Part shown: positions 27,104 to 38,166 of the stretch, in pieces
How the letters are laid out: each line of letters opens with the position of its first letter
Numbering within the stretch: the stretch's first letter is position 1
Source: an uncultured delta proteobacterium
GTDB taxonomy: Bacteria; Myxococcota_A; Polyangia; Polyangiales; Polyangiaceae
Assembly (NCBI GenBank): GCA_963841435.1
Contig: CAWJCS010000005.1
Coordinates: 1,088,001 to 1,152,000 of the forward strand
Direction of reading: 5' to 3'
Length of the DNA: 64,000 nt
Notes under the pieces: generated by a model
What the model saw: only the letters and a program-made list of their open reading frames with translations
What the model was told of the DNA's origin: nothing
The model's database searches: none
Translations under genes and position numbers: made by a program

Positions 27104-29556
27104 CCACCCTGGGCGAGGCGCTCGAGCTCGCGTCGTGCCCGGGCGAGCTCGTCCGCCACCCGCGCCACGGCGGGGCCAGCGCCCTCGATCGCGCCCGCGC
27201 CCGCGCTGCGCTCGAGCTCCTCGCAGAGGGCGCTGAGCGGCTTGGCACCAAGGTTTCGGCTGCTGCCCTTCAACGCATGCGCGGCCTGCCGCAACCGCTC
27301 CGCGTCGCCTTGGCCCGCCGCCTCTCGCAGCGTCAACACCAGGCCGTCGGCGTCCGACGAGAACCGCGCCACGAGCTCGCGCACGAAGTTGGGCCGCGCC
27401 GGCGTCTGCAGGCGGAAGAGCTCGGCCGCGCGCGCCGGATCGACGGCCACGCGCGCCGGATCGACGGCCACGCGCTCGCGTTCCCCCGCGCACCAGCGCC
27501 TGAGCGCCACCTTCAGCGACTCGAGGTCGATCGGCTTGGCGAGCACGTCGTCCATCCCGGACGCGAGCGCCTCGGCGCGCACTTCCTGCGGCGTCCCCGC
27601 CGTCACGGCAAGAATGGGCACCCGGGCACGCCCCGAGCGCCCTTCGACTTCCCGCATGCGCCGAGCCGCTCCGTAGCCGTCGAGCTCGGGCATGTGGCAG
27701 TCCATGAGCACCGTGCAGTAAGGGCCGCCGGCCTCGAACGCTTGCACGACCTCGACACCGTTGCGACAAAGCTCGAGGGTGTAACCGAGCTCGTCGAGAA
27801 GCGCGCGCAACACCTCCTGATTGGTCGGGTTGTCCTCGGCGGCGAGCACCGTGCCGCGCGGCCCCGGCAGCGACAATCGATCGCGCCCCGACAAAAGCGG
27901 TGCGTGCGACGGTCGCCCCGCATTGCCCACGAGCTTGTGCAGTGCGCGCAGGAGCGCGCCGCGGCGCACGGGCTTCACGATCACCTCGATGCCAGGGTCG
28001 GCAGATTCCTCGAAGTCCTGAGCACGCACCAACAGCGCGATGCCGAGCTCCGAGAACCGCTCGCGTAGCGTCGAGGCAAGCTCCAGGCTCACCCCCGGCA
28101 CGTCAACGTCCAGCACGGCGGCATCGAAGGCACCGGCGCGCTCGAGCGCCGCTGCGACGCCAGCGCCCGCGTCGAGCGTCTCCTGCTCCACGCCCAACCC
28201 ACCGAGCGTGGACACGAGCTCGCCCCGATACGCGCTCGACACGAGGATCGCCACACGGGAGCCCGAGAGCTCGCGGCGTAGATCCACCGGCGGCTCGATC
28301 ACGTCGGTCTCGAGCTCGAACGAGAACTCGCTGCCGCGGCCCGTGTCGCTGTCCACCTCGATGCGCCCGCCCATACGGCGCACGAGCTCCTGGCTGATGG
28401 ACAGCCCGAGACCGGTCCCGCCGTAGCTCCTCGAGGAGTCGGCCACCTGATAAAACGACTGGAACAGACGAGCCTGAGCGCCCTTGGAGATGCCGATGCC
28501 GGTGTCGCGAACGCCGAACCGCACTCGGCAGCGCTCGGCCGTGCTCTCGATGACGCTCGCCGACAGGCAGATTTCCCCTTCGCTCGTGAACTTGGTCGCG
28601 TTGCCGAGGAGATTCGAGAACACCTGAAGCAGGCGCTGCGCGTCGCCGCGCACCGCCGCCGGCAAGCGCGAGTCGATGCTCGTGAAGAGCTCCACGCCCG
28701 GACGCACCTGCGTGGCAGCGAGCTCCGCGGCATCCTCGAGCACGTCGACGGGATCGACACGCTCTGATTTCAGCTCGAGCTCCCCAGCCTCGATCTTGGA
28801 AAGATCCAGGATGTCGTTGATCACACCGAGCAGGTGCTTGCCGGAACGCTGGACCGTTCGCACGAGCGATCGCTGCCGCGCCGCGAGATCGGTCCTCAGC
28901 AAGAGGTTGACGATACCGAGCACGCCATTGAGCGGCGTGCGGATCTCGTGGCTCGCGCGAGCCACGAACTCGCCCTTGGCCCTGCTGGCCGCTTCGGCTC
29001 GCTCGCGGGCGAGCTCGGTCCGGTGGTGTCGCTGCGAGAGCACGACGATCCAGAATGCAACGCCGGCGCCCAGGCCCGTGATGCCGAGCGCGATCTGCAA
29101 CGCCGTGCGACGGTTCTCCCGACTCTGCGCGCGAATGCCCTCTTCGGAATAGCCCACGACGACGGAGGGAAACTCCGACGCTGGCCGGACCGGCGCGACC
29201 ACGTGCAGGTCGCCGCCCTCGTCGAGGAGCGTCGTGCGCGGGGCGCCGCGCAGCGCGCCGAGCGGCTTTCCACTGCGCCGGATGGCCTCGAACAGGGCGC
29301 CGTCCGCGTCGAACACCGCCACGTAGGTCAGTCCCCGGTCGCGCGCTGCGCCCGTCAGGTACTCGCGCACGACCGCGTGGTCGTCGAACTCGAGGGCCGC
29401 TCCCACGCTGTACGCCGTGAGCTCCGCCACCGCGACCGCCTTGGCCTCGAGCGAATCGCGGAGTGCGCGCTCGCTCCGCCCCGGAAAATACAAGAACTCG
29501 AGAAGTGCGAGGCTCGCAAAGGCGGCCGAGATCAGGAGAAAGACGACGAGCCGCAT
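27100..29556 (-). CDS. hybrid histidine kinase (TM sensor, HisKA, HATPase, degenerate REC, REC, Hpt)
   Basis: [35 protein letters not shown] and AHALKGSS. Confidence 0.95.
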   Translation of the reverse strand: MRLVVFLLISAAFASLALLEFLYFPGRSERALRDSLEAKAVAVAELTAYSVGAALEFDDHAVVREYLTGAARDRGLTYVAVFDADGALFEAIRRSGKPLGALRGAPRTTLLDEGGDLHVVAPVRPASEFPSVVVGYSEEGIRAQSRENRRTALQIALGITGLGAGVAFWIVVLSQRHHRTELARERAEAASRAKGEFVARASHEIRTPLNGVLGIVNLLLRTDLAARQRSLVRTVQRSGKHLLGVINDILDLSKIEAGELELKSERVDPVDVLEDAAELAATQVRPGVELFTSIDSRLPAAVRGDAQRLLQVFSNLLGNATKFTSEGEICLSASVIESTAERCRVRFGVRDTGIGISKGAQARLFQSFYQVADSSRSYGGTGLGLSISQELVRRMGGRIEVDSDTGRGSEFSFELETDVIEPPVDLRRELSGSRVAILVSSAYRGELVSTLGGLGVEQETLDAGAGVAAALERAGAFDAAVLDVDVPGVSLELASTLRERFSELGIALLVRAQDFEESADPGIEVIVKPVRRGALLRALHKLVGNAGRPSHAPLLSGRDRLSLPGPRGTVLAAEDNPTNQEVLRALLDELGYTLELCRNGVEVVQAFEAGGPYCTVLMDCHMPELDGYGAARRMREVEGRSGRARVPILAVTAGTPQEVRAEALASGMDDVLAKPIDLESLKVALRRWCAGERERVAVDPARVAVDPARAAELFRLQTPARPNFVRELVARFSSDADGLVLTLREAAGQGDAERLRQAAHALKGSSRNLGAKPLSALCEELERSAGAGAIEGAGPAVARVADELARARRELERLAQGG

Positions 29557-29650
29557 GCGAGCCCCACGCGGGGTAAAGCGATGCTACTCCGAGCGCCCCG
29601 CGGCGGACAGGCCGCCGCGCTCTAGCCCCAAAGGACTGCCAAAGTCGAGC

Positions 29651-30079
29651 CTAGAACGATCCCGCTGCGACCTGCGAGCGGAGCGCCGACCGATGCAGCG
29701 CTGTGAGCCGCTCGAAGCTCGCCAGGAACTCGCGCACGTTCGCCGTCTTCTGCACGGCACCGAGCGCTCCGGTCTTGGCGACCAAGAAGTCGAGCGCGCT
29801 GCTGTCGATGCTGGAGTGCAGAATCACCGCGGCGCCCAGCGTTCGTTCGTGCCGGCGCATGAGCTGGGCGAGCTCGCCGCCCGACAGCGCGGGCATCTGC
29901 ACGTCGAGCAAGACGAAGTCGGGTCTGACGGCAGCGACGTACTCGGTCGTGCCGAGCGCCTCCTCCCGCGTGTGCACTTCGTAGCCAGCGTCGGTCAGGC
30001 AGTCCTCGATGACGGCGAGCACCACGGGGTCGTCGTCGACGACAAGCACCTTCCCCCGGGAGTCACTTTGCTTTTCCAC
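29651..30079 (-). CDS. single-domain response regulator
   Basis: VLVVDDD, LLDVQMP, LHSS and VQK. GTG start after AGGA. Confidence 0.88.
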   Translation of the reverse strand: MEKQSDSRGKVLVVDDDPVVLAVIEDCLTDAGYEVHTREEALGTTEYVAAVRPDFVLLDVQMPALSGGELAQLMRRHERTLGAAVILHSSIDSSALDFLVAKTGALGAVQKTANVREFLASFERLTALHRSALRSQVAAGSF

Positions 30080-30171
30080 GTTGCTTCCTACGAGAACACA
30101 GCCGTTTAGCACGGCAGATGAAACGTGGTACTTAAGCCCCGGGCTGGGTGGGACGTTCCTTTTCGAGGCTA

Positions 30172-31659
30172 GTGCCCAAACTCCGCACCTCCGCTTTGCT
30201 GCTCGTCCTCGGGTTAGCGCTGCCCGCGCGTGCCCAGACCCCGGGCGCGCCACACCCCGGGACCGACGGCTCGACGCCTCCCACTGAGGATTCCGCCCCG
30301 AGCGCATCCCCCGTGGCCGGCTCGCCCGCTCCCGGCGTGGCTCCGGCATCCGATCGGACACCGCCTGATTCGCCCGCCGCCACCTCGATGACCACCGAGG
30401 ACAGCGAGGCGCGAGCGCGTACCGAGGCGCTGCGAAAGGAGGTCGAGCTGCTCCGGGCGCGCGTCGACGAGCTCGCCCTCTCGGGCGCCGAGAGCGAGAC
30501 GTTCGAGAAGCGACTCGAGCTCTACGGTTTCATGGACATGGGTGCGCAGCGCGTTTGGTCGGGCGCACGGGCCGCGACGACGGCGACGGGGTCTCCCCGC
30601 GCGCTCACGTTCGTGCTCGGCAATCTGAACTTCTACATCGACGCCATGCCGACGGCGGGTTGGCGCGCGCTCACGGAAGTGCGCATCACCAATTACCCGG
30701 ACGGTGCGCTCTACCACCCGGCAGTGCCCGCGCTCGGAGTTGACGAGGATCGCGGGGACACCAGGGTGTTCGACGTGACGGCGCCGGACCCCGGCTGGAA
30801 CGAGGTGCGCTGGGGCTCGATCGTTCTCGAGCAAGCGTGGATCCAGGGCACGGCGAGCGATCTCCTGAGTGTGCGTCTCGGCTACTTCCTCACGCCGTTC
30901 GGCATCTGGAGCATCGACCACGGTACGCCGACGCTGATCGCGCTCAATCGGCCGCAGTTCACGCGGGGCCGCTTCTACCCCGACCACCAGCTCGGCTTGC
31001 AGATCCTCGGCCAAAGCAGCGTGGACGCGTGGACGCTCGCCTACGTGGGCTACGTTTCCAACGGCAAGACCAAGGGCCAGCTCGACATGACCGACGACAA
31101 GTCGTTCGGCGGGCGCGTCAGCCTTTCGACGACGCGGCCCGTGCGGCTCTCGCTCGGCCTCTCCGGCTACGGCGGGCGCTACGGCGAGGTCACGACGAGC
31201 TCCCTCCCGACCGATCCGCTCGGCGTCGCGACCAAGGAGACCATCGCCTACCACCAGTGGGACGGTGGGCTCGACGTGTCGCTCGACATCGATGAGTTTC
31301 GCATGCGCATGGAGGCCGCGATCGATCGCGTGGAGTACGTGCCCGGTAAGCGCGAACAGGTCTACAACCTTCCGAACGTGTTGTGGCCGGATCGCACGAA
31401 TTTCGGGGTCTACTTGTTGGCGGCCTACCAGCTGCCCTGGCTCGGCCTCGAACCGTACGCCTCGGGCGCGCTGTTCCGCTTTCCGACGCCGCTGTCGGAA
31501 GCGGCCGTCATCCCTAGCGTGGGGCTCAACATCCACCTGAGCACCGAAGTGCAGGTGAAGACCGAGTTCGCGAGTGCCCACTTCTTCGACTTCGACGGGA
31601 CGAACCACTCCCAGCACGACACCTCCACGCTGGCGGCTCGTCTGGTCTTGGCGTTCTGA
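30172..31659 (+). CDS. outer-membrane porin-like beta-barrel protein
   Basis: Signal peptide (ARA-Q), Pro-rich linker, coiled segment, LYGFMD, RLGYFLTPFGIW and a C-terminal Phe. Confidence 0.75.
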   Translation: MPKLRTSALLLVLGLALPARAQTPGAPHPGTDGSTPPTEDSAPSASPVAGSPAPGVAPASDRTPPDSPAATSMTTEDSEARARTEALRKEVELLRARVDELALSGAESETFEKRLELYGFMDMGAQRVWSGARAATTATGSPRALTFVLGNLNFYIDAMPTAGWRALTEVRITNYPDGALYHPAVPALGVDEDRGDTRVFDVTAPDPGWNEVRWGSIVLEQAWIQGTASDLLSVRLGYFLTPFGIWSIDHGTPTLIALNRPQFTRGRFYPDHQLGLQILGQSSVDAWTLAYVGYVSNGKTKGQLDMTDDKSFGGRVSLSTTRPVRLSLGLSGYGGRYGEVTTSSLPTDPLGVATKETIAYHQWDGGLDVSLDIDEFRMRMEAAIDRVEYVPGKREQVYNLPNVLWPDRTNFGVYLLAAYQLPWLGLEPYASGALFRFPTPLSEAAVIPSVGLNIHLSTEVQVKTEFASAHFFDFDGTNHSQHDTSTLAARLVLAF

Positions 31660-31664
31660 GGCAA

Positions 31665-32123
31665 ATGACGAGCGGGCGTCGCGAGCTCTTGGTCTGGCTA
31701 GGCAGCCTGGCCTTTTCGGCGGTGGCGAAGGCCGCCACCCGGGACCTCGTCGTGGTCGTCCACCCGCGCGCGCCGACCGGCGATCTGTCCGACGTCGAGC
31801 TCGAAGGGATCTTTTTGACGCTGAGGCGCTTCTGGCGGGGCTCGCAAACCATCATTCCCTTCAATCTCGCGCCCCGCAGCGAGCCACGCGTGACGTTCGA
31901 CCAGGTGGTCCTGCAGATGGACGCCGACGAGGTCGCCCGCTACTGGCTCGATCGTCGTGTGCGCGGCGGCCCGCCACCCCCGCGTCAGGCACCCGATCCC
32001 GTCACGTTGGCGCGGCTCGTCGCGCGGCTCGAGGGGGCGATTGGCTATGCCCCCGCGGACACACCACTCGAGGGCGTGCGCGTCGTGGCCCGTGTTCGAT
32101 CAGGAAAGGTCACCCCCCCATGA
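31665..32123 (+). CDS. small periplasmic binding-protein-like protein (PstS-like fold)
   Basis: Signal peptide, LVVVVHP...L..IFL...W and VARLEGAIGY. Confidence 0.7.
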   Translation: MTSGRRELLVWLGSLAFSAVAKAATRDLVVVVHPRAPTGDLSDVELEGIFLTLRRFWRGSQTIIPFNLAPRSEPRVTFDQVVLQMDADEVARYWLDRRVRGGPPPPRQAPDPVTLARLVARLEGAIGYAPADTPLEGVRVVARVRSGKVTPP

Positions 32124-32515
32124 GCTCGTCCACCCTCGTCTCCCTGGTCGTGGTCGGCGCGGTCTTCCTCGGTTGCCACGATCAGTGCGACCCAGGCTAC
32201 ACCCTCGAGAACTACCTCTGCGTCGCCATTCCGGACGACACCGCCTCCGGAGGCGCCGCGGGCAGCGACGACGCGGGCGGCGGCGAGCCGGGCACGGGCC
32301 CCGCGAGCTGCGAGCCCAGTACGTTCGGCGCCGACTGCACGAGCAGCGCGGACTGCACCTGCGACAGCAGCTTCTGCGCTGCCTATCCCGGCGATGTGGG
32401 ATTTTGCACGCGCACGGGGTGCCTCGAGGATCCGAGCGTGTGCCCCACGGGCTACGGCTGCTTCGACATCTCCGCGCTGCAGCCCGGCCAGCCCTCCATC
32501 TGCACGCCGCCTTGA
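32120..32515 (+). CDS. small Cys-rich lipoprotein
   Basis: FLGC lipobox and many Cys residues. Overlaps both neighbours at start/stop codons. Confidence 0.75.
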   Translation: MSSSTLVSLVVVGAVFLGCHDQCDPGYTLENYLCVAIPDDTASGGAAGSDDAGGGEPGTGPASCEPSTFGADCTSSADCTCDSSFCAAYPGDVGFCTRTGCLEDPSVCPTGYGCFDISALQPGQPSICTPP

Positions 32516-34686
32516 TGAGCGCCCCGAGCCCCAGCCAGCCGCCGGCGGGCGAGCCCCAGCAGGCCGACCGAGCGAAGCCCGCGGCGACGGGCCGGCACCT
32601 GTTGCCGTCGACCTTTCGGCTCAAGCTCGCCCTCACCGCCTTCAACATCGCGGTCGTGGGGGCTCTGCTCGCGCTCGTGACGGGCCTCGTGTCGCATATC
32701 TTCTCCGAGCTCACCCCCAGCATCCACGCGGATCTCGAAGCCAAGGCGCGTCGCGGCGCGAGCGAGCTCATGCACGCCGCCGAGTACCCCATCGTGCTGC
32801 GCGAAGAGGCGCAGATCAGGCGACTGGCAGAGGCGTACACGAACGACCCCGACGTCATCGCGACGGTGATCACCGACGGCGAGGGGCAGGTGCTCGTCAC
32901 GACCGGCCAGGTCCCGCTGCCGATTCGGGCGCTGTTCGAGGGCACGGAAGGCAAGGTCCACGCGAGCTCCGGCGTGCTGACGGCCTGGGCCGAATCCGCG
33001 ATCGAGGGCGCCCCGGTCGGACGAGCTGCCATGGTGGTATCGACCGAGCGCGTGAACGCGGGCGCCAGGTTGAAGCGAGACATCATGCTCGCGGCGGCAT
33101 TCGGTGGCGTCCTGGCGCTGCTCGCCACGCTGGGGTTCGTCGGGCTGTACGTGGGGCCGCTCATCCGGGTGACCGTCAAGGCGTTCGAAGAGCTCGAGCA
33201 AGCCACCCAAAGCGCGCTCAAGGCGGCTCGCTTGAAGGGCGAGTTCATCGCCAACGTGAGCCACGAGATCCGCACGCCGATGAACGGCGTGCTCGGGATG
33301 ATCCAGCTCCTGCTCGCCACCGAGCTTTCCCGGAAGCAGAAGGGTTACGCCACGAAGCTTCGAACCTCGGCCAACGCTCTGATGAGCGTATTGAACGACG
33401 TCCTGGATTTTTCCAAGATCGACGCCCAGAAGCTCGAGCTCAGACCGCGACCCGTGAGCCCGAGCGCGCTGGTCAACGAGGTCGTGGAGCTCTTCCAGGC
33501 GCAGGCAGAGCTGAAGTCGCTCGCGCTGAGGGCCGAGCTTTCGGACAGCGTTCCCGACGGCGTGTTGCTCGATCCCGATCGGATGAGGCAGGTGCTGTCG
33601 AACCTCGTGGGCAACGCAGTGAAATTCACCGAGCACGGCTCGGTCACCCTGAGCCTGACGGCCAAGGAGCTCGGGCCCGGCCGCGTCGAGCTTTCCTACT
33701 CCATCAGCGACACCGGCGTCGGGATCCCGGAAGGCGGCGCGCCCGAGCTGTTCGAAGCGTTCTCGCAGATCGACGGCTCGCTCACGCGCCGCCACGGTGG
33801 CACGGGCCTCGGCCTCGCGATATCCAAACGCCTCGTGTCGCTCATGGGCGGCGAAATCTCGGTTTCGAGCGCGCTCGGCCAGGGAAGCGTGTTCACCGTG
33901 CGAGTGGCCGCCGACGAGGCGCCGCTTTCCCAAGTCCTCCCGCGCGCGTCGGAGGCGCCCGGTGCGCTTCGCGGCCGGCTTGCGGGGCGGGGTCGCTTGC
34001 TCGTCGCGGAGGACAACCCGGTCAACCGTGAGGTGCTCTCCGAGTTGCTCGCCGAGCTCGGCTGCGAGGCGACCCTGGTGGAAAACGGTGCGGAGGCCGT
34101 CACCGCGCTCGAAAACCACGAATTTTCGGCCGTGCTCATGGACTGCCAGATGCCGGTGCTCGACGGCTACGAGGCAACCCGCCGCATCCGCGCCGCGGAA
34201 AACGGGCGCCGCACGCCCATCGTCGCCGTGACGGCCCACGCCTTCCACGAGGAACGCGAGAAGACGCGCGCGGCGGGCATGGACGAGTATCTCACCAAGC
34301 CCATTGCCCTCGGCGAGCTCGCCGCCGTGCTCGACCGCGTGCTACCGAAGCGCGACCTCACGACAGAGACGAGCCTGCCGCCGCTCGACCCCACGCACCG
34401 CCGCGGCGCGTCCGTGGTGCGAGCGTTCATGAAGCACGTACCCGGCCAGATCGAGCGCATAAAGCGGGCGGTCGCGGGTGGCGACTCCCAGGACCTCGCC
34501 GCGGCGGCGCACCGACTCAAGGGAAGCTGTCTCGCCTTCGGAGCCACGCGGATGACCGAGGTGTGCGCGGCGCTGGAGGCGGGCGCCGCGGACCCCGCGC
34601 AGCTCTCGCGCGTGCTCGAAGTCGAATTCCAGAAGATCGTCGCGCTCACGCCGTCTGCCGACGAGCCGAGCGCGTCAACCGCTTGA
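32515..34686 (+). CDS. hybrid histidine kinase (2-TM periplasmic sensor, HisKA, HATPase, REC, Hpt)
   Basis: SHEIRTPMNG, NAVKFT, GGTGLGL, AEDN..MDCQMP..KP and AHRLKGS. Confidence 0.95.
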   Translation: MSAPSPSQPPAGEPQQADRAKPAATGRHLLPSTFRLKLALTAFNIAVVGALLALVTGLVSHIFSELTPSIHADLEAKARRGASELMHAAEYPIVLREEAQIRRLAEAYTNDPDVIATVITDGEGQVLVTTGQVPLPIRALFEGTEGKVHASSGVLTAWAESAIEGAPVGRAAMVVSTERVNAGARLKRDIMLAAAFGGVLALLATLGFVGLYVGPLIRVTVKAFEELEQATQSALKAARLKGEFIANVSHEIRTPMNGVLGMIQLLLATELSRKQKGYATKLRTSANALMSVLNDVLDFSKIDAQKLELRPRPVSPSALVNEVVELFQAQAELKSLALRAELSDSVPDGVLLDPDRMRQVLSNLVGNAVKFTEHGSVTLSLTAKELGPGRVELSYSISDTGVGIPEGGAPELFEAFSQIDGSLTRRHGGTGLGLAISKRLVSLMGGEISVSSALGQGSVFTVRVAADEAPLSQVLPRASEAPGALRGRLAGRGRLLVAEDNPVNREVLSELLAELGCEATLVENGAEAVTALENHEFSAVLMDCQMPVLDGYEATRRIRAAENGRRTPIVAVTAHAFHEEREKTRAAGMDEYLTKPIALGELAAVLDRVLPKRDLTTETSLPPLDPTHRRGASVVRAFMKHVPGQIERIKRAVAGGDSQDLAAAAHRLKGSCLAFGATRMTEVCAALEAGAADPAQLSRVLEVEFQKIVALTPSADEPSASTA

Positions 34687-34835
34687 CGCTGGCTTGTCCT
34701 CCGCCCTGACGGACGAGCGCGTCGCGCAAGCTGTCCGAAGAAGCGTTGGATCTGCTCTTTCAAGACTCACGAGTCTTGGCGGCGTGGCTTTGCCACGCGG
34801 CCTGCTCCTCTTTCCGGGCGATTCTCGGGCGGGCT

Positions 34836-35915
34836 TTAGAGGTATCTCGTGATGAGGTTTGGGCGCTCGATCTTCTTTCGGTAGTACCAGCGGCAGAGTG
34901 GGTACATGACGACGAGCAAGCAAATCCACACGAGCACGGCACCCCCGATGCCCATGCGCATCCGAATGATCGCCCGCGCCGGACCGAGCAGATAAAAGTG
35001 CACCACGTAAAAGAAGAAGGACACCCGCCCAAACGTGGCGAAGGGCAACAGGAACCGCGGCACCCCGTCCTTCGCTACGAAGTAGACGACCGTCAGCATT
35101 ACGAAGACCCAGGTGAACGCCCAGGTGAGAAAAGGGAGATCCGGCGGGTACTTGGCGAAGTACCAGAAGTCTCGGTGGCCGAAGCCGGAGTGCGGGTAAG
35201 CGTTGCCGAATCCCCCCGATAGGCGCACGCCGAAGAACAGAGCGAGAGAGAGCGCAGCGAGCGAAAGCCAGAGCTTGGGGCGCGGCCCGTTCACGAACGT
35301 GTCGCGACCGAGCACGAAGCCGAGAAAGACGATGCCGCACCAGGGCAAGATCGGATAGAGCGAGCGAAAATGCCCCTCGCGCACCGGCTCGTAGATCACG
35401 GCCCGGAGCGGCGTCGGCAATGCGGACGCGTCGATGAGCGGGTGCAGGAACAGAATCGCGAGCGCAAGCGCGGCGAACGGGAGCTGCGGCAGCCGCCTGA
35501 GCCATGCCGTCAAGATGATGCTCGCCCCGATCGAGCTCAAGACGACGAACGAGTAGTAGCCCCCGAACGCACGCGGCAACCCGCCGACGATCGCGTCTAC
35601 CAATAATAGCACGATGCCGCGCACGACGAGACGGTGCGTGATCACCCGAGGCTCGACGCCGCGAGCCTCTCGCGCGAGGCTCGTCCAGGCAATCATGAAA
35701 CCTGCCATGAAGAAGAACCCGGGAGCGACGGGTACGCCGGTGAAGCGCGCCAGGAACTCTCCGAGCGAAGCGGGAAAGGACGGTTCGCTCGCGTAGAGCT
35801 CCTCGCCCCCTCGGTTGGCGTTGTAAATGAGGGAGGCATGATCGAGCGCCATGTGCGCGATCAAAAGCCCGCGGAACAGGTTGACGTAACCCTCGCGGGA
35901 ATCGGCACCGGCCAT
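34836..35915 (-). CDS. DUF1624 / HGSNAT-like membrane acyltransferase
   Basis: FRGLLIAHMALDH, APGFFFMAG, YPILPW, KYPP and FFFYVVH; polytopic membrane protein. Confidence 0.8.
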   Translation of the reverse strand: MAGADSREGYVNLFRGLLIAHMALDHASLIYNANRGGEELYASEPSFPASLGEFLARFTGVPVAPGFFFMAGFMIAWTSLAREARGVEPRVITHRLVVRGIVLLLVDAIVGGLPRAFGGYYSFVVLSSIGASIILTAWLRRLPQLPFAALALAILFLHPLIDASALPTPLRAVIYEPVREGHFRSLYPILPWCGIVFLGFVLGRDTFVNGPRPKLWLSLAALSLALFFGVRLSGGFGNAYPHSGFGHRDFWYFAKYPPDLPFLTWAFTWVFVMLTVVYFVAKDGVPRFLLPFATFGRVSFFFYVVHFYLLGPARAIIRMRMGIGGAVLVWICLLVVMYPLCRWYYRKKIERPNLITRYL

Positions 35916-36019
35916 TTTGTGGGCGAGCCTATCACTGCTCCGCTCCGGCAGTGCTTTACCTCGGGCCCCCGCCTGAGGCAGGCTCTCGCTTGCTGCCGGC
36001 GTCGCCGGGGCGCCCCCCC

Positions 36020-37090
36020 GTGAGAGTTCTGTTCGACCTACTTCATCCCGCACACGTCCATCTGTTCAAGAACCTCAGTCGGGAGCTCGAACAACGGGGG
36101 CACGCGGTGCGCTTCACCTTGCGTGAGAAGGAGTGCGCGCGCGACCTCCTCGACGAGCTCGGCTTACCCTACGAGGTCCTCTCGACCCAGCATTTCGGCG
36201 CGGGCCTCGTCGGGGAGTTCCTCCAGCGCGGGGCTCGGCTGTGGCGGGTCGCGGCGCACTTCGAGCCGCATTTTCTGGCCGGGGTGATGGGGCCGACGAT
36301 TGCACCCGTGGGCCGCGCCCGGAGGCTGCTCGGCCGCAACCGTGCGAGGGTCGCGGTCTTCTACGGTACCGAGATCGCGAAGCTCACGAACTCCTTCGTT
36401 TACCCGCTCGCCGACTACGTGATCACGCCCGACTCGTACCAGGGCAAGGTGGGCTCGAACCACGTCACCTACCCCGGGTTCCACGAGCTCGCGTACCTGC
36501 ACCCTCACCGCTTCACGCCCGATCGAGCCGTCGTCGAAGGCCTGGGGATCGACACGAGCCAGCCCTACTTCGTCGTGCGCTTCGTCTCGTACCAGGCGAG
36601 CCACGACATCGGTGTCAACACGCTGCAGGCAGAGCGCAAGGTCGAGCTCGTTCGCAAGCTCGCCGAACGCGGACGGGTGCTCGTGAGCTCCGAAGCCGCC
36701 CTTCCTCCGGAGCTCGAGCGGCACCGCATGAAGATCCCCGTGTCCCGGATCCATCATGTGCTCGCGTTCGCGCGCATGCTCGTGGGCGAGAGTGCGACCA
36801 TGGCCTCCGAAGCGGCGGTGCTGGGCGTCCCCGCCGTGTACGTGTCCCTGTACGGTCGTGGCTTCACCGACGACCTCGAGCGCTACGGGCTCGTCAAGAA
36901 CTTCAACGGTCCACGCGTCAACGAGAACTGGGTCGCCGCGGTCGCCGAGTGGGAGGCGACGCCGAACCTCACCGACAAGATGCGGGAGGCCCAGGCCCGG
37001 ATGCTGAGCGAAAAGGTCAACCTCACGAGCTTCATGCTCGAGTTCTTCGAGCGCGAGTTCGAAAAGCACTTCCCCGACGAGCCCCGTTAG
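36020..37090 (+). CDS. DUF354 family protein (GT-B-like)
   Basis: FDLLHPAHVHLFKN, YPGFHELAYLHP and GESATMASEAAVLGVP. Confidence 0.85.
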   Translation: MRVLFDLLHPAHVHLFKNLSRELEQRGHAVRFTLREKECARDLLDELGLPYEVLSTQHFGAGLVGEFLQRGARLWRVAAHFEPHFLAGVMGPTIAPVGRARRLLGRNRARVAVFYGTEIAKLTNSFVYPLADYVITPDSYQGKVGSNHVTYPGFHELAYLHPHRFTPDRAVVEGLGIDTSQPYFVVRFVSYQASHDIGVNTLQAERKVELVRKLAERGRVLVSSEAALPPELERHRMKIPVSRIHHVLAFARMLVGESATMASEAAVLGVPAVYVSLYGRGFTDDLERYGLVKNFNGPRVNENWVAAVAEWEATPNLTDKMREAQARMLSEKVNLTSFMLEFFEREFEKHFPDEPR

Positions 37091-37193
37091 CGTCCCCGCA
37101 CATGGCGGCCCGCGCGCACCGCCGATTCCGCCTGCTCGGGTTGACGCGGAGGGCTTCTCCGCGTAACCCATGCTCCGGCTGAGGCCACTCTGC

Positions 37194-38165
37194 ATGCAAC
37201 GAAGCGTTCTGATCACCGGTGGGGCGGGGTTCATCGGCTCCAACGTCGCCCGGTACTTCGTCAAGGCGGGCTACTCCGTCCACCTCTACGACTCGTTCGT
37301 TCTCTACTCCTTGCCCGACCCGAACAAGGATCAACCGAACGTCGCGTTCCGACTCAAGGACATCTACCCGCAGATTCGACTGATCCGGGGCAACACGCTC
37401 GACAAGGACTTCTTGCGTCGCACGCTCACCGAAATCGCGCCCGAGGTGATCGTGCACATGGCGGCCATGCCGCTCGCCGCCGTGGCGATCGAGCACACCG
37501 AGGAGGCATTTCAGTTCATCCTCAACAGCACGCAGAACATCCTCGAGATCATGCGCGACCTGAACGATCCAGGCCGCATCGTCTACGTGTCGTCGAGCAT
37601 GGTCTACGGTGACTTCAAGGCACCCGAGGTTGACGAGGAAGACCACCCGAAGAACCCGAAGGACATCTACGGGGCGTTCAAGCTCGCGGGCGAGATCATC
37701 GTCTCGGCCTATTCGAAGAACTACGGTCTCGACTACGTGATGTGCCGGCCTTCGGCGGTCTACGGCCCGACCGACACCAACGCCCGCGTCGTCCAGAAGT
37801 TCATCCGCGCGGCGCTCGAGGGCAAACCGCTGCTCCTCGACGGGGATGGCAGCATGAAGCTCGATTTTACCTTCGTGGAAGACACCGCGCTGGCCATCTT
37901 CCTCGCCGCCACCATGCCCGAGGCGAGCAAGCGCATCTACAACGTGACGCGCGGTGAAGGTCGCTCGCTGAAGGAGCTCACGGAGATCATCGCGCGCCAT
38001 ATCCCCAACACGCGGGTGGAACACCGTGAGGTGCCGCGCTACATGCCCGTGCGGGGGACGCTGAGTATCGAGCGCGCCAAGAAGGAGCTCGGCTACGCGC
38101 CGCAGGTTCCGCTCGAAGAGGGTGTACGACGCTACGTCGAGCACCTGCGTAACAACCGCTTCTGA
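37194..38165 (+). CDS. NAD-dependent nucleotide-sugar epimerase/dehydratase
   Basis: TGGAGFIG, SSSMVYG and YGAFK (YxxxK). Confidence 0.93.
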   Translation: MQRSVLITGGAGFIGSNVARYFVKAGYSVHLYDSFVLYSLPDPNKDQPNVAFRLKDIYPQIRLIRGNTLDKDFLRRTLTEIAPEVIVHMAAMPLAAVAIEHTEEAFQFILNSTQNILEIMRDLNDPGRIVYVSSSMVYGDFKAPEVDEEDHPKNPKDIYGAFKLAGEIIVSAYSKNYGLDYVMCRPSAVYGPTDTNARVVQKFIRAALEGKPLLLDGDGSMKLDFTFVEDTALAIFLAATMPEASKRIYNVTRGEGRSLKELTEIIARHIPNTRVEHREVPRYMPVRGTLSIERAKKELGYAPQVPLEEGVRRYVEHLRNNRF

Positions 38166-38166
38166 C

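Noticed and set aside
27424-27478. 21-bp tandem duplication (RVAVDPA twice) in the hybrid kinase
   Set aside because: It is an in-frame slippage in the REC-Hpt linker, with no evidence of function.
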